Origin: Octopus bimaculoides
Taxonomy: Eukaryota
Assembly: GCF_001194135.2 (NCBI RefSeq)
Contig: NC_068981.1
Coordinates: 183,014,536-183,070,899 of the forward strand
Reading direction: 5' to 3'
DNA: 56,364 nt
Positions 11,690-24,833 of this stretch are shown here, one piece after another; the first letter of the stretch is position 1; each line of letters starts with the position of its first letter. Under the pieces are notes generated by a model that was not told the DNA's origin, made no database searches, and saw nothing but the letters and a program-made list of their open reading frames with translations. Position numbers and translations under genes: made by a program.

Positions 11690-11900
11690 TGTGAGGAGAG
11701 TGTCTGGACACCCAGCAGAACTAAAAACAAGACAAGTCGAAGGATGGATGAGTTCCTTGTGGGCCAACGTCCATCCAGTTGGGGAAAACAATGGCAAACC
11801 ACACCAATATCTCTGCCAAGAAAACATTATGAGAAAGTCAGAACGTAGTAACGCAATGGCTTCCTTCGACTGGAGAACTCGCGATTAATCGGGAAGACAT
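11690..11900 (+). mobile_element. RTE/BovB-like 5' UTR fragment
   Basis: aatggcaaaccacaccaatatctctgccaagaaaac resembles the conserved ATGGCAA(A/C)CCAC..ATYCTTGCC block of RTE-BovB-derived repeats. Confidence 0.35.
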
Positions 11901-12029
11901 TTGCTGTAATGTCATCGACGCGCTGTAAAAGCGTACGAGACATGAGGTCGACGACGTCGACCTACAAGAGCAGTAGACAGCGGATCAGTAAAAACACCGT
12001 ACTGGATGCCTTGTGGTATTTGAGTCTTT

Positions 12030-12415
12030 GGGTTCTGAGTTCAAATCCTGCCACTGCGCGGTGCCTTGGGCAGGTAACTTCTATGTAGCTCTGGACTGAC
12101 CTATTCCTTGTGAGTGAATATAAAAAAGGGGAATTGCGTGGAAGCCCATCCTGTACATTTATGCATATGTATGTATGTATGCATGTATGTATGTATGTAT
12201 GTATGTATTATGTGAGTGTATGTGTGCCTCTTTGTATTTATCCTCCAATATTGACAACTGGTATTAGTTTGTTTACATCCCAGTAACTTAACAGTTCGGC
12301 GAAAAAGAAATGATAGAAGTACAAAACTTAACATAAGTACTAGAGTCAATTAGCTCGACGAAACCTTTCAAGGCAGTGCCCCAGCGTGGCCGCAGTCCAA
12401 CGATAGAAACACGTA
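12030..12415 (+). mobile_element. Diverged SINE group A
   Basis: ttcaaatcc..gccttgggcaggt..gtgagtgaat..(TATG)n..acagttcggcgaaaaag..ggcagtgccccagcgtggccgcagtc. Confidence 0.75.
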
Positions 12416-12419
12416 AAAG

Positions 12420-12801
12420 AATATTAATGGGTTAAGAACATTTCGTCCGTCTTTACGTTCTGAATTCAAATGCTGCCGATGTTGACTTTGCCTTTCATCT
12501 TTTCGGGGTCGATAAAATAAGTACCAGTTGAGCACTGGGGTTGATATAATCAACTTAATCCCTCCATCGAAATTGCTGGCCTTGTACCAAAATTTGAAAC
12601 CAATAGTATTATTATGGTTAAGGCGGCGAGCTGGCACAATCGTTAGTACTCCGAGTAAAATGCCTAGCGACATTTTGTCCGTCTTTATGTCCTGGGTTTA
12701 AATGCCGCCGGGCTCGCTAAAACGAGTACCAGTTGAACACCGGGATCGATGTAATCGATTTAGTCCCTCGCCCCAAAATTGCTGACCTTGTACCAAAATT
12801 T
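12420..12801 (+). mobile_element. Two tandem SINE group B copies
   Basis: Both contain gtaccagttga(g/a)cac..gg..gat(a/g)taatc..cccaaaattgctg(g/a)ccttgtaccaaaattt. Confidence 0.8.
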
Positions 12802-13599
12802 NNNNNNNNNNNNNNNNNNNNNNNNNNNNNNNNNNNNNNNNNNNNNNNNNNNNNNNNNNNNNNNNNNNNNNNNNNNNNNNNNNNNNNNNNNNNNNNNNNN
12901 NNNNNNNNNNNNNNNNNNNNNNNNNNNNNNNNNNNNNNNNNNNNNNNNNNNNNNNNNNNNNNGAGTGTTTTAGGTGTTTAAAATAAACCATATTTTGGAT
13001 TGAAATGATTTGGAATTTTTGAATATCCACCCATTTTACACAGAAGGGAAAAAATAATTGTTGGATATTGTTTATCTTGAAAATATTTTCTTAATTGTGT
13101 AACAACGTCTTGTTCCACGTCTGAGGAACACGCCTCTCTAAATTTTGAACAGTTTTTCGAATTATTTTTTAAAAGAACACGAATTTAAGTAAAAAAAAAT
13201 TGTGTATGTGGAGGAATGAGAAATAGAAAGAGAAAATGAAAATACCTGAACAAGCAAACTTAAACATTTGTACCCACAGAAAAAAAAAAAACAAATAAAT
13301 AAAACAATTTCACCAATTTCGAGTGTACGGACAATGAAGGAGGTAAATTGTTTTACTAATGTTGCTCACCAAAACGTAATTTTGAAAAAGAGTTAACTCT
13401 CAGAAAAAACAAAAAGAAAAATGAACGTGGGACACTCTTGAAATTGTTTGTTTCTCTGTTTCATGATCCTATCAAAGAAAGGGCCCAGTAAAAATTGACA
13501 TACGTTTGCATTAATATGTATTGGTGGAGTGTGGAGCTCAGTTTTCCCCTGAAGGAAGCAGCTAAAAGAAACCCTGGCTGATTTACAGAATATTATGGC

Positions 13600-14070
13600 T
13601 TCCATTAATCGAGGAAGAGCGTATGGAAATATATTCCTGGTTTTCAAGACTAAGAAGCGGGATGACAGGCTGAATTGATGCCTCAAACACCAACACACCG
13701 ACTCGTAGCACAATATACGGTGTGCGGTTGGTAGGACACAAGTAGTACGAGCGCGTGTCGAGGGGACCAAAGAAAAACAAAACAAAACATATGGCCAAGT
13801 GCAATCTGCATTTACATGGTAAGGGTTGAGAGGGATTTGCTGTCCTCAGTAAATTTGCTGAAAGGTAGGTAAATGTGGGGAGGATAGTCCGATGAGTGGG
13901 GAGGATAGTCAGATGAGTTAGCACCTGTATGCTGAGGATTAAGAGGGAGAGAGGAGCACCTACCATGATACTCTTGGTGATTAAGGTGGTACGGGATCTA
14001 CGGCGTTCCTTGGTTGACCCTGGGTGGCGTTTTCTCCATATTAGGGAATTTGTTAAGAATTTTTTCTTAG
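13600..14070 (-). mobile_element. Decayed CR1-group LINE fragment (endonuclease/linker)
   Basis: Minus translation includes KILNKFPNME and SSAY..LSSPL.G, collinear with the same LINE type at 15450-17200. Confidence 0.45.
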
Positions 14071-14242
14071 ATGTAATTGTTTTTTAATTGTTTTTTAATT
14101 GTTTTTTAATTGTTTTTTAATTGTTTTTAATTGTTTTTTAATTGTTTTTTTAAATTGTTTTTTAATTGTTTATTCAAGTCCTCATTGCCCTTTGTCTTTG
14201 TATTGTCCTAAAGTTTTCGCGGACCTTGTGATTAATAAAGAA

Positions 14243-14306
<64 letters not shown>
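14243..14306. repeat. (TAC)n microsatellite
   Basis: About 21 perfect units. Confidence 0.95.
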
Positions 14307-14307
<1 letters not shown>

Positions 14308-15019
14308 CGTTGTTGCTCTTTTTTGTTCNNNNNNNNNNNNNNNNNNNNNNNNNNNNNNNNNNNNNNNNNNNNNNNNNNNNNNNNNNNNNNNNNNNNNNNN
14401 NNNNNNNNNNNNNNNNNNNNNNNNNNNNNNNNNNNNNNNNNNNNNNNNNNNNNNNNNNNNNNNNNNNNNNNNNNNNNNNNNNNNNNNNNNNNNNNNNNNN
14501 NNNNNNNNNNNNNNNNNNNNNNNNNNNNNNNNNNNNNNNNNNNNNNNGCGTAAACTTGTTTACAAAGAAAGATGAGATTATATCTAATTTCTTTTTTGTT
14601 GTTGTTGTTGTTGTTTTGGCTCGTTTGGGGCAAAAATAAAACAAAAAAACTTTAATTCAGCAAACTAATATATTTTTTTTCCCAACCGATTGGTATTTCA
14701 AATATGGCGACTATGACAACAATACACGTCTCTGCAAAAAAACAAAACAAAAAAAAACAAAAAAAAAACGAGAAAAAATGAATAAACAAAATTCAAACAA
14801 AATAATAGTGACATTTATGCTTTAAACACACAGGAAGAAACAGAGTTTTTCACTAGTAACTACATGTCGCGTCGTGACACACAGTGTCAGCTAAAATCTT
14901 AACGGAGAAAATATCGCCATTTTTTCCCCCGTTGTCAGCAAAACTAACAGGAAAATTTAGATTATGGACATAGTTCAATCCAAAGAGATGTGACAGGATT
15001 ACGTCACGGGTCTTATTTA

Positions 15020-16869
15020 TTCAAGGAAGTTCAAGGCAGAGAAAGGAATTACTGACATACTTCTGCTTCATGAAGGAAAGTGACTTTCTCTGTGCCCTAG
15101 GGAGTTTAATGAAATATGCACTTGCAGATATGTGGACCATTAACCCCATATCGGTCAACCTGACCTTCAAACCGAAGGCACAGTGCAACGTTAGGTGGAG
15201 ATATTGAAACATCTGTCTATAGACTCGTATCTCAATACCGAGGCCAGTATAACCCGCGTGCCCACACACAAAAAGTAACAGTCAGATACATCGGCCGTGT
15301 CATTGATAGCTGGTTTGTTGTCCCAGAAACGCAATATTGGCAAGTGCTATACGCAGAAGTGACAGGTAACATTTACACTAGAGGAATCTGCATGGCTTTG
15401 CAAGTCCTTATAGATCTCCCAAAGCCAGAGGGTCTTTTCGGAGCTGTAATCTGTCATGGGCGCAAAGTCAATAGCGGTGAGACTAGCAGGAGAAGGCAGA
15501 AAACCTGACAGTTTAACTTGTGGCAGTAAGAGCCACTTCTGGCAATACAGGAGAGCGGGAGAGAGAGAGAGGGAGAGAGAGAGGGAAAGAGAGAGGGAGG
15601 GGAGGGAAGGAGATTATCCGACAGTAACAACAGCATAACTGGTCGAAGCTTTGAAAGAGGGAAAGGAGATTCGTTCTCGGTCTCAAAAGTCTGGTTTATG
15701 ACAGTGAGTGATTTTATGTTAATCAGCTGAGTGACTTTTCTCAGGATGCAGTCAATAAAGACTGTGTGTGCTGCAGTACACCATCCCAGATGTGTTACCT
15801 TCACTCAAGCTTTTCAGAGTATCAGCTGTCGTGGGCTGAAGTATTTTCTGTCCTTGGAGAAAAGGGCCAGCCTTAAAGAGAAGGGCCTCGCCTGTTTGTG
15901 CCAGGAAAGATACTTAGTGGTAGAGTCGCCTATTTGGAGCGACTCTCAGAACTTCAATTAAGTGCTTTTCGTGTTTAGGGGGTGTATGGTGTCATGGCAT
16001 TCTCTTGATATAAGCAGTGATTGAATTTAAGACAAGCATGGCCTCACTTGGACGCATTTGATGTTATTGTTCATGGAATCAGTGAATATTTAGCGAGTGG
16101 TGTTTATGTTGTGTGTAGAGGATGCATGATTCAGGAAGGTTCAGGAGGGATGAAGGATCTATCAACTGCAGAAGAGTAGGCATTATTGGAGGTGACGTCG
16201 TGTTAGACTTTAATGTATAGAAGGGAGTGGGAACAAAACAGAACCATGGGAAACCCCAGAGTTGATTGAGGGAGAAAAAGAAAAAGCTCCGTCAACGCAT
16301 ACATCATGATGATGCGAACTGATTGGAAGTTACCAATCTAAGAGACGAGTGACAGTTGGAACGCGCAGGCAGGGAGTTGTGCATGGATGGGGGCCATTGT
16401 GTTGCGTGTGGATATGTATTGGGATGTTTATAATAAAGTTGTGTTCGCACGACTCCAACAGTTGCAGAGACAGCAACAGTTTGGTAGAGATTATATTTGG
16501 AAGTGAGAGAAAGAAATCAAAGGTATTTGGAGTGTCTGAGTGTCGATTTGGAATGTCTATAGGGGATAAAACAAGTTGACGCAGTGAGTTAATGATTACA
16601 AAACATCCAGTCTCTACGGTAGCGATAATTGTGATGAATGAAGGAGATAGTCAAGAGATGTTGTGAGTATAGATGTCACCTAGTTCGATTACTTCGAATT
16701 GGGGTGAAGTGAGATTTATGTCCTCAATACAGGAGGAAATATGCTCAAAGAATTACTGTTAGTTCGTAAAGTTTGGAGAGCGATAAAGAGAATAATTGTA
16801 TTTGAGAAAGTGAAAGAAGGAACTAGAGTAAGCTAAAGTTATTATTGCCGATTACCAGGTGAGATGAGT

Positions 16870-16903
<34 letters not shown>

Positions 16904-17200
16904 GTGGGAGTCTACGCATGCGCAAACACCACCTTTCCGACTGAAGTTTTATTGAAGAATTAAGAAGCTGTTTTGTTCGACGAGTAGAAAACTGGGTGAC
17001 TGACGTTCCAGCTGTCAGGTAACCAGTTTTGGTTTTCGCTGGACCATGACTGCCGTCCGTCAAAAGAACAGCCATATTGGTTCACTTTCCAGTAAGTTTT
17101 GCAAATTCTACGGTTTCTGTCACGACATAACGAACAATCAGCGCAGACGGTTTTAGGAGAAGATGAATTGCGTAACCAATGGAATGCATCTCTTCCGAAA
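15020..17200 (-). mobile_element. Decayed CR1-group (Zenon-like) LINE with most of RT deleted
   Basis: Minus translation: QNLLESEPIWLFF, NFSRKGGVCACVDS, YSLYRSPN..FFEHISS, IELGD.YTHN, LRQLV..IPNRHSDTPNTFDFFL (APE endonuclease), then YFSPRQL..WCTAAHTVFIDCILRKVTQLIN (RT C-terminus); 15020-15450 is a presumed 3' UTR. Confidence 0.7.
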
Positions 17201-17439
17201 CAAGTAAACAATTAGATATTCTAGTCCAGTCAAACAAAAAATAAGGACAAGGCAAGACAGCCAAACAGTAATATAAATCAGGGGTGATGCAAGTGTTCCA
17301 CAGCTGCTTGACTTTCCAGGGATAGCTTCCTCTTAGCTGATTTCTGGATGAGACTAACTACCCAATTCATAACTTCACTTAGTACTTATCCACCAATGTG
17401 CTTTTCATCTGATCCTTTTAACAATAAAAGAAAGCTGGC

Positions 17440-17760
17440 AAAATCATTAGCGCGTAGTATACAATGTTTAGCGGAATTTCTTCCGACACTTGGCGTTCTG
17501 GGTTCAAATTTCGCCTCGGCTGACTTGGCGTTCTGGGTTCAAATTTCGCCTCGGCTGACTTGGCGTTCTGNNNNNNNNNNCGGCTGACTTGGCGTTCTGG
17601 GTTCAAATTTCGCCTCGGCTGACTTGGCGTTCTGGGTTCAAATTTCGCCTCGGCTGACTTGGCTTTTCAGCTTTTAGCATTCAATAAAATAAGTACCGGT
17701 TAAGTAATGGGGATGAGGTACTCGATGTACCGCTTCCCTTAAAAACTGTTGTCCTAATGC
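17440..17760 (+). mobile_element. SINE group B with internal 35-bp tandem array (17487-17662)
   Basis: Unit cggctgacttggcgttctgggttcaaatttcgcct repeated across a 10-N gap; SINE body resumes with aataagtaccggtt. Confidence 0.85.
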
Positions 17761-17779
17761 TGAAAATGTGAAACCATTA

Positions 17780-17816
17780 TACATACATACATACATACAT
17801 ACATACATACATAATT

Positions 17817-17847
<31 letters not shown>

Positions 17848-18189
17848 AAGATAGAGACGCAAAACACACGCACTAATATTTCTCTCCCTCTCTCTCTCCC
17901 TATCCCTCCCTCCCTCTCGCTCACTCTCTCTCTCAATCTATCTATATATCTCCTACATACACAGTATGTAGGAGATAGATGCCCCAGGATGGCCACAGTC
18001 TAGTGACGGAAACAGATAAAAAAACAAAGGATAAAAGATATATATATTTGTACGTACATAGATATGCATATACACACGCGCGTGTCAGTTTGTGTATGTA
18101 GAAAGGGAGAGAGAGAGAGAGAGAGAGAGAGGGAGGAGAGGGATAGTGAAAGGGTGGGCGGGAGAAATAGACAGGTAGATAAATAGTTT

Positions 18190-18220
<31 letters not shown>

Positions 18221-18262
18221 GGATGGATGAATGGATGGATGGATGGATGGATAGATAGATAA

Positions 18263-18307
<45 letters not shown>

Positions 18308-18523
18308 CAGATAGATAGACAGATAGATAGAGGGATAGACAGATAGATAGAACAGTGGAATGGTGTGCGTATGACACACACCCTCTCCCCCTCTCCTCGT
18401 CTCTCTCCTTTTCCAATATATACATGGATGTGTGCATGTATGTGTGTGCGTGCGTGCGTGTATGTGTGTGTGTCTGTGTGTGTAATGCATTTGTTTATGT
18501 GTGATGTGTTTGTGCGAGAGAAA

Positions 18524-18555
<32 letters not shown>

Positions 18556-18674
18556 GCTGAGTGTGTGAGTCAGAAAGAAACGGGAAGGAAATAGTAAAGA
18601 AACAGACAGAATCTGCAGGCAAAATAGATGGAATGAGAATTATAGAAATAGAAAAATAGATTGCTAGAGAGTTG

Positions 18675-18751
<77 letters not shown>

Positions 18752-18780
18752 GTATTTATCTATCTATTTATCTATCTACT

Positions 18781-18845
<65 letters not shown>

Positions 18846-19219
18846 TACATATATATATATACATATGCATACATACATATATATATACAAATATATATAT
18901 GTATATAAATGTATGTAATATATTTATATATGTATGTAACATATATATACTTATATATAACATGATATATATATATATATGTATGTATGTATGTGTGTAT
19001 TCGTATAGTGTATTTATTTATAAATATATATCGTGCGTGTATATGTATGAAGATATGTCTACATGATTATACATACATACAAACACATACATACCAACAT
19101 ACACAGGCCACAGAGAGATAGACAGAGAGACAGAGAGATAGACAGAGAGATAGACAGAGAGACAGAGAGATAGACAGAGAGAGAGAGACAGAGTGTGTGT
19201 GTGTGTGTGTGTATGTGTG

Positions 19220-19269
<50 letters not shown>

Positions 19270-19300
19270 AGAAAGAGCAGGTGAGAGGAAGAGAAAGAGA
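17780..19300. repeat. Compound microsatellite field: (CATA)n, (CA)n, (GA)n, (GATA)n, (GGAT)n, (TA)n
   Basis: Direct observation; explains the YLSI/HTHT-type ORFs. Confidence 0.95.
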
Positions 19301-19671
19301 GAGGGAAGCGAATGCCTGTAAATAGCGAATCTCGCTGTTTATGTCTTCTGTGTACGTTATAACACTGGTCTACAGGAATATCAGTCGAACAGAGCATTTG
19401 TCTGTGTTCGTACACGAGCTATAATGCTCAACTTACATGTGTTGTATAGCCACTATGATTGTCCACCAAAGCGGAATATGGAAGGGTGCCAGTTTGTGAT
19501 AATACAGCCCTCAACTCTTTGACACTTGACTTTTAGTCAGTTGTTGCAACTCTCAACTGCGAGGAAGCGCTCACACTTTGGTAAACCAAAGTGGGCATTC
19601 AGTGGAAATCTTACTTTTCTTTCTGCTTTCGTTTATTTAATTAGCGTGTGGTGCGCGAACTAACACACGTT

Positions 19672-19728
<57 letters not shown>

Positions 19729-20029
19729 GTGCGCACTCACTTATTCAAACATACATACATACATACATACATACATACATACATACATACATTCAGACCG
19801 CTCAGTCTTTCTTATTCCGGGGCTCTGTGCCTTCTCTCAGTTCACTCATGCTTTTTTCATCGCTCCTTTACTCAGACGTATATATATAAGACTGATATAT
19901 ATATATATATATATATATATGCAAATATATATATACTTACATACATACATATGCATGCATGTATGTATATGTATATATATATGCTTCTATAAAGACTATA
20001 TTTTTAGACCAACGAAAATAGAATGTAAT

Positions 20030-20360
20030 TCAAAACCGAAGCATGGCAGCAAACCCCGTGTGTGAGGCAGCTGTAGTCGTTGGTATTGAAACATCGACGC
20101 GCCCTTACTGTAAAATGAAACCGCCGGATATTCCAAGTTGGTTTAATCAAACGTTTATAAAGAAGCTACGTAACAGCAGCTGTTGGCAGTTCTATTTAAA
20201 GCAGTGTTCGCCACCGGCTAAGGGACATTTTCAGGAAAACCATCACACCACAACAATTACTGTGGTCGTATTTTTCTTTATAATTATCGGATTAATTGTT
20301 CTTTTCTTTATAATTAATCGACACTGGCGATTTGGCCATATGATGTCGAATGCGGTGAGT
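20030..20360 (+). promoter_or_regulatory. Candidate core promoter / first exon
   Basis: Unique, CpG-containing island; CAGCTG at 20068 and 20177; TATA/MEF2-like ctatttaaag at 20192-20201; consensus donor GCG|GTGAGT at 20354/20355. Confidence 0.3.
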
Positions 20361-20766
20361 AAACGTTTTAATAAAAACAAAACCAATAACGAAAAACTTT
20401 CCAGACAATCAGCGCAGTGTTTGTACCGAATGGATACTCCTGAGGGTAGGTAGATGTGAAGTTATTCTTTAATTGAATTATAAGTATTTTGAAAAGGTAA
20501 AAAAACAAAACAAAAAAAAAATGAAAGAAAGAAAGAAAAAAGAAAAGAAGGAAAGAAAAAAGAAAAGAAAGAAAGAAAAAAGAAAAGAAAGAAGAAACAA
20601 AGGATTATGGATAAAAGAGAGTGAAAGATAGAGAGAGAAAGCGAGGAAGAATTGCAGACATCGCGAACCACTCACTGGCATCGTTCTGTTGTTATATTTA
20701 TATAAATTCTTGTCAACATTGCTATATTTAAAGTTTTGCACGAAATTACACACACACAGACACACA

Positions 20767-20820
<54 letters not shown>

Positions 20821-21393
20821 NNNNNNNNNNNNNNNNNNNNNNNNNNNNNNNNNNNNNNNNNNNNNNNNNNNNNNNNNNNNNNNNNNNNNNNNNNNNNNNN
20901 NNNNNNNNNNNNNNNNNNNNNNNNNNNNNNNNNNNNNNNNNNNNNNNNNNNNNNNNNNNNNNNNNNNNNNNNNNNNNNNNNNNNNNNNNNNNNNNNNNNN
21001 NNNNNNNNNNNNNNNNNNNNNNNNNNNNNNNNNNNNNNNNNNNNNNNNNNNNNNNNNNNNNNNNNNNNNNNNNNNNNNNNNNNNNNNNNNNNNNNNNNNG
21101 TAGTTCGTTAATCTTATATTTTTTGCAAACAATTTATTTTTGATAAAAAAAAAAAAACACAGTAAAAATTCCCGCAAAATACTAAAAAAATAATATGGAT
21201 TCTGTTATATTTTTACTCCCTTCGTTTGTTAATTACAATGTTAATTATGAATAGTTGTATTCAAAAAAAGAAAAGAAAAATACATAAAAAAAAAACCAAG
21301 AGTGAAGTTGCTCCTTGTTTGTTGTTTTTGTTTTTCTCTTTATTCTGTGTTGCGTTATTCTTTACTTTTTGTTTGTTTTTCCTTTACTCCGTT

Positions 21394-21424
<31 letters not shown>

Positions 21425-21936
21425 TTATTTTCTTCCTTTCGCTGTTTATTTAGTTGTTTATTATTTTTGGCATTTATGTTCCTATTAAACAAATAGTTGC
21501 TGTTTTTTGTTTATTTATTTATTTTTTTGTTTTACCTTTTTTTACCTTTCTTATTCATCCAATCAAGGATTAGACGAGAAATATAACATAAAAAATGAAG
21601 GTTATAAAAAACTAGTAAGGTAACATAGTGAGAACGTTTATTTAACGTGAATTATACACACACACACGCACACATACACACAAGGACACACGTACACACA
21701 CACACACACATATATATATATACACACATGTACACACACACATGTGCTCGCATATATATATCATATGATATATATATGTGTGTTTGTGTATGTATGTATA
21801 TATGTATGTATGTATTTATGTATACGCATTCGCACCTATTTATGTTTCCAACCTATTTAATATATTATATTTTCTTATCAACAACCTACATACTTACCTG
21901 TATAGATACATACATACATACATACATACATACATA

Positions 21937-22026
<90 letters not shown>

Positions 22027-22127
22027 GTGTGTGTATTTCTTTTTTATACATACATATATGTATATACATATATATATATTCTTTGTACACACACACACAC
22101 ATATATATATGTGTGTGTATGTGTGTA

Positions 22128-22160
<33 letters not shown>

Positions 22161-23533
22161 GAACACACCACTCATACCGTTATTTATCTGTTATACACAC
22201 CTATTTATCTATTTATTCATCCAACCGCTATTTTCTTATCAACTTACCAATAAATGTATGTATGTACGTTTGTATGTATGTATGTATTTGTATGCATGTA
22301 TGTTTGTGTGTGAGTGAAAGAGAGGGTCTATTTATTTATTTACTTTTCTATCTATCCTTTTATCCATCCATCCGTCCGTCCATCCATCCATCCATCCATC
22401 CATCCATCCATCCATCCATTTATCTATCTACTTATCTCTTTTCTCCATGCTCGCGCGCGCGCAATCTCTCTCTCTCTCTCTCTCTGAGTTTCAGTTAAAC
22501 TCTGTCTTAGTGACCAGGTTGCAGAGTTGCGACGAAAATTTTGACACTCCGTTTCCTTTGGAGACAACCGAAAAGCTTCAATTAGCAAAATTGGTCTTTT
22601 CTTTTTTTAGATGTAATTATTCTCTATATAACATTATCTCTTTATCTATAAATGCGTTTATGCTTTATCTATGTATGTCAGATGGATATATATATGTATA
22701 TATATANNNNNNNNNNNNNNNNNNNNNNNNNNNNNNNNNNNNNNNNNNNNNNNNNNNNNNNNNNNNNNNNNNNNNNNNNNNNNNNNNNNNNNNNNNNNNN
22801 NNNNNNNNNNNNNNNNNNNNNNNNNNNNNNNNNNNNNNNNNNNNNNNNNNNNNNNNNNNNNNNNNNNNNNNNNNNNNNNNNNNNNNNNNNNNNNNNNNNN
22901 NNNNNNNNNNNNNNNNNNNNNNNNNNNNNNNNNNNNNNNNNNNNNNNNNNNNNNNNNNNNNNNNNNNNNNNNNNNNNNNNNNNNNNNNNNNNNNNNNNNN
23001 NNNNNNNNNNNNNNNNNNNNNNNNNNNNNNNNNNNNNNNNNNNNNNNNNNNNNNNNNNNNNNNNNNNNNNNNNNNNNNNNNNNNNNNNNNNNNNNNNNNN
23101 NNNNNNNNNNNNNNNNNNNNNNNNNNNNNNNNNNNNNNNNNNNNNNNNNNNNNNNNNNNNNNNNNNNNNNNNNNNNNNNNNNNNNNNNNNNNNNNNNNNN
23201 NNNNNNNNNNNNNNNNNNNNNNNNNNNNNNNNNNNNNNNNNNNNNNNNNNNNNNNNNNNNNNNNNNNNNNNNNNNNNNNNNNNNNNNNNNNNNNNNNNNN
23301 NNNNNNNNNNNNNNNNNNNNNNNNNNNNNNNNNNNNNNNNNNNNNNNNNNNNNNNNNNNNNNNNNNNNNNNNNNNNNNNNNNNNNNNNNNNNNNNNNNNN
23401 NNNNNNNNNNNNNNNNNNNNNNNNNNNNNNNNNNNNNNNNNNNNNNNNNNNNNNNNNNNNNNNNNNNNNNNNNNNNNNNNNNNNNNNNNNNNNNNNNNNN
23501 NNNNNNNNNNNNNNNNNNNNNNNNNNNNNNNNN

Positions 23534-23738
23534 GGGGGGGGCAGACAGACATACACACATAAACATATGCATATATATACAACGGGCTCCTTTCAGTTTC
23601 CGTCAACCAAATCTACCCACAAGGCTTTGGTCGGTCCGAGGCTATAGTAGAAGACACTTGCCCAAGGTGCCATGCAGTGGGATTGGACCTGAAACCATGT
23701 GGTTGAGAAGCAAGCTACTTACCACACAGCCACTCCTA
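23534..23738 (-). mobile_element. SINE group A (tail lost in gap)
   Basis: ggggggcagacagac..ctttcagtttccgtc..agaagacacttgcccaaggtgcc..accacacagccactcc. Confidence 0.9.
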
Positions 23739-24012
23739 CTTGTATGTATATGGATATATATGCATGCATGTATGTATGTATGTATGTATGTATTTATGTA
23801 TGTATGTATGTATGTATATATGAATGTATGTATGTATGTGTGTATGTATGAATGTATGTATGTATCTATGCATTTGGTTGTCAGATAATTCGTTCGAATT
23901 TATTTTTCTTTTTCTTTTTACGTCCATTTTGCACTCCGTCGTCATGCGTCTGAAAAGAGACAAAATCTATTCCGATTTCAAAAGCAATAAACAAAAGTTG
24001 TAAAGGAAGAAT

Positions 24013-24023
24013 AGAGCAACAAT

Positions 24024-24081
<58 letters not shown>

Positions 24082-24100
24082 GCAGCAACAACAACAAAAG
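24013..24100. repeat. (CAA)n microsatellite
   Basis: Direct observation. Confidence 0.9.
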
Positions 24101-24483
24101 AAAATCCATAAAACAATACAATAAAAATATTTTTCGCTGTTTTGAAAAGAATTAAAATGAAATGAGAAGAAAAAAAAACAAGAAACATACGAAAGATTTA
24201 TCTGATAACCTCATATGTATGTATGCATGTACGGGTGGATGGAGAGAGTGAAGGAGGGATGGATGGATGGATGGATGGATGGATGGATGGTTGGATGGTT
24301 GGATGGATGGATCAATCTCTTCCTCATTTTCTCTTTCCTTCTCTTGTTCTCTCACCGTCAGTCAAAACTTTCGGTGAAGTAGGCTTCTTTTGCTGCTGCT
24401 CCAGGCGTCACAACTATCCGTTCTTGCTTCTTGCAGCTCACTCACAAACTTAAACTATGGATTTCCCGGTAGAGTTTTAGCCT

Positions 24484-24516
<33 letters not shown>

Positions 24517-24833
24517 TACTCTCCTTCTGTCTTTCTCTTTTTCTCCAAACGCACACACACATATATATAAATATATACATGTAGGCTCAGAAACATGGGT
24601 TATGCACCCACTAAAATTTTGTTGGGGCAATGAAAAACGCTTTGAACATTCTGAGATAGGTCTGAGTTTTTACCCCTTCAACAAATTTCGGTTCCGTACT
24701 CATGTAGGTATGTATGTATGTTTGTGTGTACGTGTGTGTATATATATGTGTGTGTGTGTGTGTATACATATACACAAGTATGTTGATGCAGACAGGAAAA
24801 ATAGAACTCAAAATATGAGTATATGTGCATTTT

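Larger units (their letters stand above)
11239..13585. repeat. Diverged local direct duplication, 11239-11495 vs 13331-13585
   Basis: About 250 bp align at roughly 90% by eye (caatgaaggaggtaaattg...cagctaaaagaaac..ggctgattt). Confidence 0.9.

Noticed and set aside
11955-11973. Palindrome aggtcgac-gac-gtcgacct, and 10-bp IR at 31704-31755
   Set aside because: Short enough to occur by chance in 56 kb.
17487-17662. CRISPR-like 35-bp repeats
   Set aside because: No spacers, eukaryotic context, derived from a SINE head.
21570-21621. Possible 52-nt + exon (LDEKYNIKNEGYKKLV)
   Set aside because: Short, A-rich and without recognisable homology.
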